This document shows, one piece after another, positions 57,369 through 64,000 of a stretch of 64,000 nt of DNA. How positions within the stretch are numbered: position 1 is the first letter of the stretch; each line of letters starts with the position of its first letter. A program made the position numbers and the translations under genes. The notes below the pieces were generated by a model. That model saw only the letters and a program-made list of their open reading frames with translations. It ran no database searches and was not told the origin of the DNA. Origin of the DNA: Peribolospora baueri. Its lineage: Eukaryota. The DNA is taken from assembly GCA_029717555.1 (NCBI GenBank), contig JAMDHS010000002.1, forward strand, positions 310,001 to 374,000. Reading direction: 5' to 3'.

Positions 57369-58775
57369 GGGCGGGGCATGTGACGTCGAGACGACGATTT
57401 CGCCGACGAGCGCAGGACAGCAATTAACATTGGCTTCGCCCTGTCTCGTTGCTGCTTCATCACCCGCACAGCCACTTGCTCTTGCTCGCTACGAACAGCC
57501 AAGTGTCGACACGATGAGGCAGGGCGCGCTCACGATCGCACACGACCGACGTCTCGTCTCGATGCCGTCCGCGGCTCTTGCTGTCAAATTCGTCGTCACG
57601 TCACGTCGCGCTTCTTTCCCTTGTCCAACCTGGCCGGGCGTTATTTTCTGCACAAGACCCATGCCGAATATGCCGAATGCGGCATCTCCCATCGCGTCTG
57701 CGCTCCCTGCCATCATATTCGGGTCACCTGGAGCAGAAAGAGAAGCTGAAGTAGACCGTCGAAGCATCAGGGTCATTCCTTTAGCGCGGCGGTGAGGCGT
57801 TGGCGCGTCGCACGCCGCACGGTTGCTATCTCGACTGGAACGATCGGCTTCGGGCCGCCGGAGGGAAGGGAAGGGGCCGGAGAGGAGGCATCGTGCTACG
57901 ATTCAGGACTTTGAGCAACAGAGTCGAGAAGAAAAACAAAAAGGTACATTCCATGCCCATGATCCCTTTGTCGGCGTCTGTCGTATGCGTACAGAACGGA
58001 AGGGTGGGTGGGCCAAGGACAAGGTCGCCGGAGTGTCGGTGCAATCTCGAGAGCTCATTGAAACAATACAGACGTCTCCGTAAAAATATGGAAGGCAGAA
58101 CGGACGTGGGACAGCTAATTGACTGACTGATTGATTCGAGCGAGGGCCTCGATGATACACGGAACATCCCGTAAGTGCTTCGGTTATGTACAATACATGT
58201 GTAGGTGAGAGAGAGAGTGATGCAGCCGACCTGAACCCGACAATGTGTAGTGTATGAATGGAGAGGAGAAGCTGCGAAAGCGTCGCGCTATATCTACGTA
58301 GGTATGAATGTCCGAAAACGTGACAGAAAATGCAACAAAAAGCGAAGCGACGAGACGAGCTGAGCGAGAGCGAGAAGCGGGAAGTTACCGAAGGGGAGCA
58401 AAGGGAGAGTAGTACGGGAAGCAAGGAAGCAAGGGCAGCGCAGAGGAGGGCGGGGAGCAGCGGGATGCAGTGCTGGGAATGTGCAAGGCGCCGGCGATGG
58501 AGCAGAGGTGGTGAGAACATTTCGCGTCGGCGGCAGAAGCAGTGCAATTGGTAGGAGTAGCACAGGGCAGGCACAGCAATGAGCATGGCCGCTGCTGGCA
58601 GGGAGGAGGCCATCGCAAATGGCAAGGTGGAGAGGTGAAGGGCGTTCGCAGCAAGTGCAGTGAGCAGAGGCTGCCGCCCCAGCAGCGTGGGCTTCGAGCA
58701 CCGAGCGCCGATGTGGGACGAGAAGCCGAGCGAATAAAATCAAGGACAGCACAGAGGCTTCACCTCCATATCGCC

Positions 58776-60662
58776 TTACTCGCGGCCGCCGCCATGGGAG
58801 AGGACGGGTGCGAAAGAGGTGAGACCAGTCTCGTGGTCGCGGTCGTGGTCGGCCCTCTTCCGCTTCATCATCGTCCGGTCCGAAATCGAAACGCTAGAAA
58901 ACGGTGACCTGGGCTGAGAAGGCCGACGTCGAGAAAGCACCGGGGATGGGGATTCCTCCTGAGACTGCTGGGATGAGTCCACGTGCTCAGTGCGGTCCGA
59001 CTTGGTGTCCTCGCTGTCGGTCGTCCGAATCTCACTGGCGTCGGGAGCGTTCGAGGCGTGGGCCACAGTTGGGGAGGGAGAAACCACCGACCGTCTCTCT
59101 CCCTGTCCGTCGATCTGCCCGTCTCCAGCCGACCTGTCCTCCCTTTCGGTCCTCTCGGCGCCACCTTGCCTGTCGTCCTCGTCGGCGACGATGGGTGAGA
59201 GGCCGCGTACGCGGCGGAACAGTGGAGCCCTCTTGGCAGCTAGGGAAGCTGGACTGGGAGAGAAAGCGAGGCGGACAGGCGGAGGCGGCCGGTCCAGGCC
59301 ATCGTCCTTGGAGTCGACATCTTCGGCCATCTCGTTTCCGTCGCTTTCTCGCACACCTCTCTGGCCGTGCGGGGACGACCACGACGAAAACGACGATGAA
59401 TCGACGCCAAACGACATGGGCGCAGGTGCGAAGGACCGCATGGCGAAGACGTGGCCATCACGGTCCGGAAAAGCAATCACGTGCGATCCGAGGAAGAGGA
59501 GGCCGATGTAGCAGCAGGCAAAAAGCGCCACGGCTACAAGCGAGGAAGTCAGGGCGGGAGAGTCGCTGGCAAGCCTCAAGATGTGCGCTAGAGAACGTCG
59601 TCCTGTTGGGATGTCGACATGGCGGCGTCTACGAGAGGACGCCTTTCCTGAGACATCGTTCGCCCACCACGGAAGGCCCTTTGACACGGACCTGACTGCC
59701 TTTCCGCCAAGCAGGGGCGCAACTGCGTCATAGGGCCAGGAAGGCGAGGCAAGGGTCGAGCGGCCGGCGAAGTCGCGCGTCGGCGACGCAGCCACAGAGG
59801 TGGAGAGAGCAACGTCGCTGACGTCTCGATTGAGATGACGGGTCGTGTGAGACAGCCTTGGCGAAGGGCGAGCACGCAGCTTACTCTCTGGAGAAAGCCC
59901 TGGCGAGCCTTGAAGACTTCCCTGGCGTTCAGGGGTGATGAGGTTGGTGCCGGCGCGAGGCTGTGACGGACGCTCAGGAGTGCCAGTCGTATATCCAGAA
60001 AGGATCCGACTTTGGCGCTTGACGGGTCGGCGCGTCGGAGTGCGCGGTTCTGAATGCGAATCGTGCGAGTCATCCGTGTCCGAGCCTTGACAGGGCGAGC
60101 TGTCGAGACACAATCCGAGGCCAGCGTTCGCCTTAACTTGGCCAGCCGCGTAGAGAGGCAGGGAGGCGACCACCTCTTCCTCGTCCGATGAGGAAACCGA
60201 AAGCCGGCGCTGCTGCTGCTGCTGCTGCTTGATCCTGCGCATCCCAGTTAGTCGGAAACCGCCCCCGAAGGGAGCAGAAGCTGGGGCGGAGGAGGCCCAG
60301 ATGGGCGCGTCGGCCGAAGGGAACGGGGCAAAGACGCCATCCTGCACTAGCTGAGGGCTCGGGCTCGCCGGATGGATGGCAATGCAAATGGGCTGCGCCG
60401 GGCCGGGTGCCAGCGAGGGACTGGACGTCGAACGACGATTGTACGGTAGGCCCGTGGGGACGGCCCAGGAGGCGTAGGATTGGGAAACCCGCCCTGGAGC
60501 AAAACGGCTGTCAAGCGGCACAGACGACGGAATGCAGCCGAGAGAAGGCGGCTGGACAAACCGGCCTCCGTTGCCAAAGCGGGGGGATGAACTGGGGGAC
60601 CGGCGATGGCGCGAGGGAGAGGAGCTGATGGGGGAAGATCGGGCGTGGGCGGAGCGCGGCAT
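58776..60662 (-). CDS. Hypothetical low-complexity protein with one transmembrane segment
   Basis: ~630-codon uninterrupted ORF with poly-Gln and the segment LVAVALFACCYIGLLFLG. No recognised domain. Confidence 0.6.
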   Translation of the reverse strand: MPRSAHARSSPISSSPSRHRRSPSSSPRFGNGGRFVQPPSLGCIPSSVPLDSRFAPGRVSQSYASWAVPTGLPYNRRSTSSPSLAPGPAQPICIAIHPASPSPQLVQDGVFAPFPSADAPIWASSAPASAPFGGGFRLTGMRRIKQQQQQQRRLSVSSSDEEEVVASLPLYAAGQVKANAGLGLCLDSSPCQGSDTDDSHDSHSEPRTPTRRPVKRQSRILSGYTTGTPERPSQPRAGTNLITPERQGSLQGSPGLSPESKLRARPSPRLSHTTRHLNRDVSDVALSTSVAASPTRDFAGRSTLASPSWPYDAVAPLLGGKAVRSVSKGLPWWANDVSGKASSRRRRHVDIPTGRRSLAHILRLASDSPALTSSLVAVALFACCYIGLLFLGSHVIAFPDRDGHVFAMRSFAPAPMSFGVDSSSFSSWSSPHGQRGVRESDGNEMAEDVDSKDDGLDRPPPPVRLAFSPSPASLAAKRAPLFRRVRGLSPIVADEDDRQGGAERTEREDRSAGDGQIDGQGERRSVVSPSPTVAHASNAPDASEIRTTDSEDTKSDRTEHVDSSQQSQEESPSPVLSRRRPSQPRSPFSSVSISDRTMMKRKRADHDRDHETGLTSFAPVLSHGGGRE

Positions 60663-61523
60663 GGGTGCAATGCAGGGGCGGAGCAAGGGAGGGACAGGGG
60701 TGGTAAAATCTACCTATTCACAATCCAGATGTCCGAGGAGTTCATCAAGGTCAGCTTCTTCACCGAGTGTGCGACGTCCCGCTCCATATATAAAACTCAC
60801 CTCCGGCAACGAGGACTGAGAGCAAGCACAAACGAGCGTGGGGGTTGGTAACGAGCGTAGCGGTGAGAAAGCACCAAAGGCAAGCGATGAAGGGAGCGAT
60901 GGGAAGAGAGCACGCTGGGGGCAGTCTGAGAGCCACTTGTCACCAGGCTCTTTTGTACGCTCTCTCCAGCGCCATAACCAGAGCGGTTGGCGGTGTGTAC
61001 GGAAGGGGATGTCATTCGATGGCCTGCCAGCCAACGCCACCGACACTCATCAAAGACGAGCTGATCAAGGAGACAGCAATACGAGGATGACATCTGTCTC
61101 ATCAGTTGGGCGCCGTCGAGCACGTCCATGGCAGACAACGCGAGACATATTTCGACGGACGGGCGTCCTGGACGTCTGTGTCAAGGAAGGTGATGGATGA
61201 TCAGTGCGCACAAGCGACGGCGAGATAAGGGGTAGGCACGGCACGGACAACACAGCAAGGGGTCAGACGGGCAACGTCGATCTTGCGACGGGGAGGAAGG
61301 CGAATGCAAGTCAATATATGCGTTGGCATCCCGCCGGCCACCGTCGTCGACGCGTCGGCGCAAGGAGCGTCGGCACGCTTGGCGCAGATATGAAGCATGC
61401 CGCAGCGTCTGGAAAGCTCCGTGTGTAGTGCAAGCACTACAGATTACACCTCACACCGTCAAACTGAACCGTCTGTCTATACTACGCCATCCCTTCCCTG
61501 ACCACTCCCCGCGAACACCCCGG

Positions 61524-64000
61524 ATGGAGGGGGACGCTGTTGCAGAGGCCAGGCCGGACAAGGCGCTGGTGGTCAAGTGAGTCCGCGAGGGTGCCAGGCG
61601 GAGAATGGCTCGTCCGTCCGGAAAGCGACAGGGAAAAGAGCACTAGCTGATCAAGCGGGTCTATGCAAAGTCCACCCTAGCTATTCCCAACCGTACCTGG
61701 CGTTCTCATCGCTCGTTGTGGCCGTTCATATGTTTCTGCTTTGCATACCTTTAGGTGCTCCTTCGACCGCTCTCTACGACGGATCACTTTTGCATGCGCC
61801 CGCACGGTCACGTTCGACAAGTTCAAGAACAGGGTAAGCTGATCGTTTACTATGTACTGTTGCCTGCTCAGTTTCATTGGCAAGAGCTAGGGTTAGAATG
61901 GGGTGTTCTCGATATGTGTGCTCGTCGCCACGGAGCCAGGAGGAGGAGCGGCGAAGCACTGGCCCGAGGATTAAATTCAGGAAGCCTCGGTTACGCCTTC
62001 GCGGAAATCGGAGCTCTTGATTGACAAGCGACCGATGTTTTCTCCTTTGCTATTGCTTAGGTAGAGCAATGCTTCTCGCTGCGAGCATCGGCATTTCAGA
62101 TCTTCTTCACTGACGATGATGGCGAGGAGGTGAATTGTTCTTTCGTACATCGGCCTCTGCGCCGCCAAGGTTGCACCTCACCGTTGTCCCCGACGCGTTT
62201 TTCGTTTCTTTTTTCACTGTAACGACAGTGTGAAATTGCTTCAGAGGATGACCTTACAGAGGCGATCGCATATTTCGAGTCCGGCGACGTCGATCTCGGC
62301 GAGAATCCATCGTCGACGACAACCACAGCCGAAGGTAGCTCTTCAGCCTCGGCGACGCGCGTCAACATGCGCGTCGCCATCTCCGTGGACTATGATGGAC
62401 CAAACCTCTCCGATACCGCCTCGACGTACAGCTCCTGGACAGCCTCCTCAGCAGCCAGTTCGCGCAGGACTGGCGTGGGCATGGAGAGCGTTGCCAACTC
62501 CGTCACATTCGATCGGTCGGACACTTCGAGTTTCAAATCGGCCGGTGGCCCTTCCGTAGCTCCTCGTGCGCCCGCGCGGGAACTTTACATCGGCCTGGAC
62601 GACTGGGATGACGACGACGATGACGACGACGACAACGATGACGACGACGACGACGACGATCGCCTCACCATCTGCTCTTTCAGCTCCAACCGACGCGCAC
62701 CCTCCCTTCCCTTCGCCCCTACGCGAACGCAGAGCGCCTCGGACGTTTTCGACGCCGATCTCAAGTCTCTGTCCCTGTCTTCTCCGACTAGCTCGGATGA
62801 AGAGGAGAGCGAGGCTGTTGAGGGGGCCTCTTCTCACCGTTCCCGCAGCAGCAAGTACGACGCCCGAAGACCTAGACGACGACGGAACAAGCTAACCCCT
62901 CCCCGTCTATTGGCCCGCGAGCCTACGTACGGAGCGAATTGGACTTCGGTCCCAGGCTCCTCCACCTCAAGCCGCATTGGGCCGCTCACGCCCGAGCCCG
63001 TACCGCCGGCGCCGACGGAGACCACGTGCTGCGCGGCTTGCCGGGCCGATCTGGACTCGCTCCGGTACGTGCGTCGTTTGCGGACCGAGCAAGCCTATCT
63101 CAACAAGCGATTCTGGTACGGCTACCGAGGAAGCGGACCCGACGGGCTACTTGAAAGGAGAGGCGCGTGGTTTTGGAGACACGGCGACAGCTTCTGACGG
63201 CAAAGGAGCCGACCGTGATGACGTGGTGGAGGACGATGGAAGTTTTGGTGCCTCTTCAACCGTGGCGGCGAACGCTACTGCGGAGAAAGGCCTGATTTCG
63301 AACCCACGGACAGACGTGCAGTCGCGATCAAGGCGATCGGGCCGAGTATCGCCACCATCTCCTTCCACCACCGTACCCGCGCTGGTTCCGTCATCCACTC
63401 TTCCGCCGCAGACGGAGGGGGGATTCGAACTGTGCGCATCTTGTGTCGAGGTAGAGGGTCATCAGCACTCCGTCGCCCTCGCCGCGCACGGTCTCTCTTC
63501 CTCTGCTTTGACTGTTGCTGGCGAATCGTCTGGATCCGCACTAAGGACGACGAGACGATTGGGAAAGAGGCCTATGCGTCATGCGTTTCAGGAGTTGATG
63601 TGGGGAGTAGGTGGATGGCAGGAAGTGGGTGAGTACGGGTCCATGCTGTCCCATGACTGTTGACTGTGTCGGAATGGAGAGGCTCGCCAAGTTTGCTCAT
63701 GATCATCTTCCGCTTGTAGAGGACGACAGCGATCGTTCGTGCAGCATCTGTGGCTCTGGGTTGTCGATGGGCCGTTTTAAATGTGAGGGCTGTTCTCCGG
63801 ACGTCATCACCGGCTTCCTGGTCTAACTTGGTCAAGCCGAGCTTCTCAGGCATAGCGCGTTGTCATGCTGACCAACGGGACTCACTTCTGTCGTCTTGGG
63901 CAGGCATTTCGTGCAACCGATTCGACTTGTGTCAACAATGTTATCAGAAGGTCGGCGAAATGTGAGCGACACGGGCATTGATGTTTTTAAATTCTTTCCT
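61524..64000 (+). CDS. PB1-domain / multiple ZZ zinc-finger protein (partial; apparent frameshift near 63069)
   Basis: LVVKCSFDRSLRRITF...IFFTDDDGEECEIASEDDLTEAIAYF (PB1 with OPCA motif), SVDYDGPNLSD, CAAC...RY/CVVC...FELCASC...H, second finger CSIC...RFKCISCNRFDLCQQCY. Runs off the window end. Confidence 0.8.

Overview
GC-rich, intron-dense nuclear DNA of a fungus. Intron signals (GTRAGY/GTRCGY...CTRAC...YAG) and gene content point to a basidiomycete, probably a yeast (inference). About 25 spliced protein-coding genes can be supported: NSE1, a ~2590-aa DYRK2/Pom1-class kinase, eIF2B-delta, PRP16/DHX38, a BCS1-family AAA ATPase, a secreted RNase T1-family enzyme, a PQ-loop transporter, KEI1, TMEM14, an Ecm15/YkoF-type protein, SKP1, PDCD5, DDX41/Abstrakt, NUF2, SNIP1/Pml1, a PB1+ZZ protein, several small GPI-type surface proteins and several single-pass membrane proteins. 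Four things stand out. (1) A ~475-bp AT-rich patchwork NUMT (29600-30074) is stitched from non-contiguous mitochondrial pieces: GIY-YIG endonuclease, tRNA 3' half, antisense cob, rns and nad1. (2) A 641-bp Tc1/mariner-pogo-type MITE with 29-bp TIRs and a TA duplication sits 34 bp from the NUMT. (3) A convergent pair of paralogous PPxY membrane proteins occurs, and the first coding exon of one overlaps the NSE1 C-terminus in another frame. (4) The first ZZ finger of the PB1/ZZ gene contains an apparent frameshift. All exon boundaries were inferred by eye and no database searches were run.
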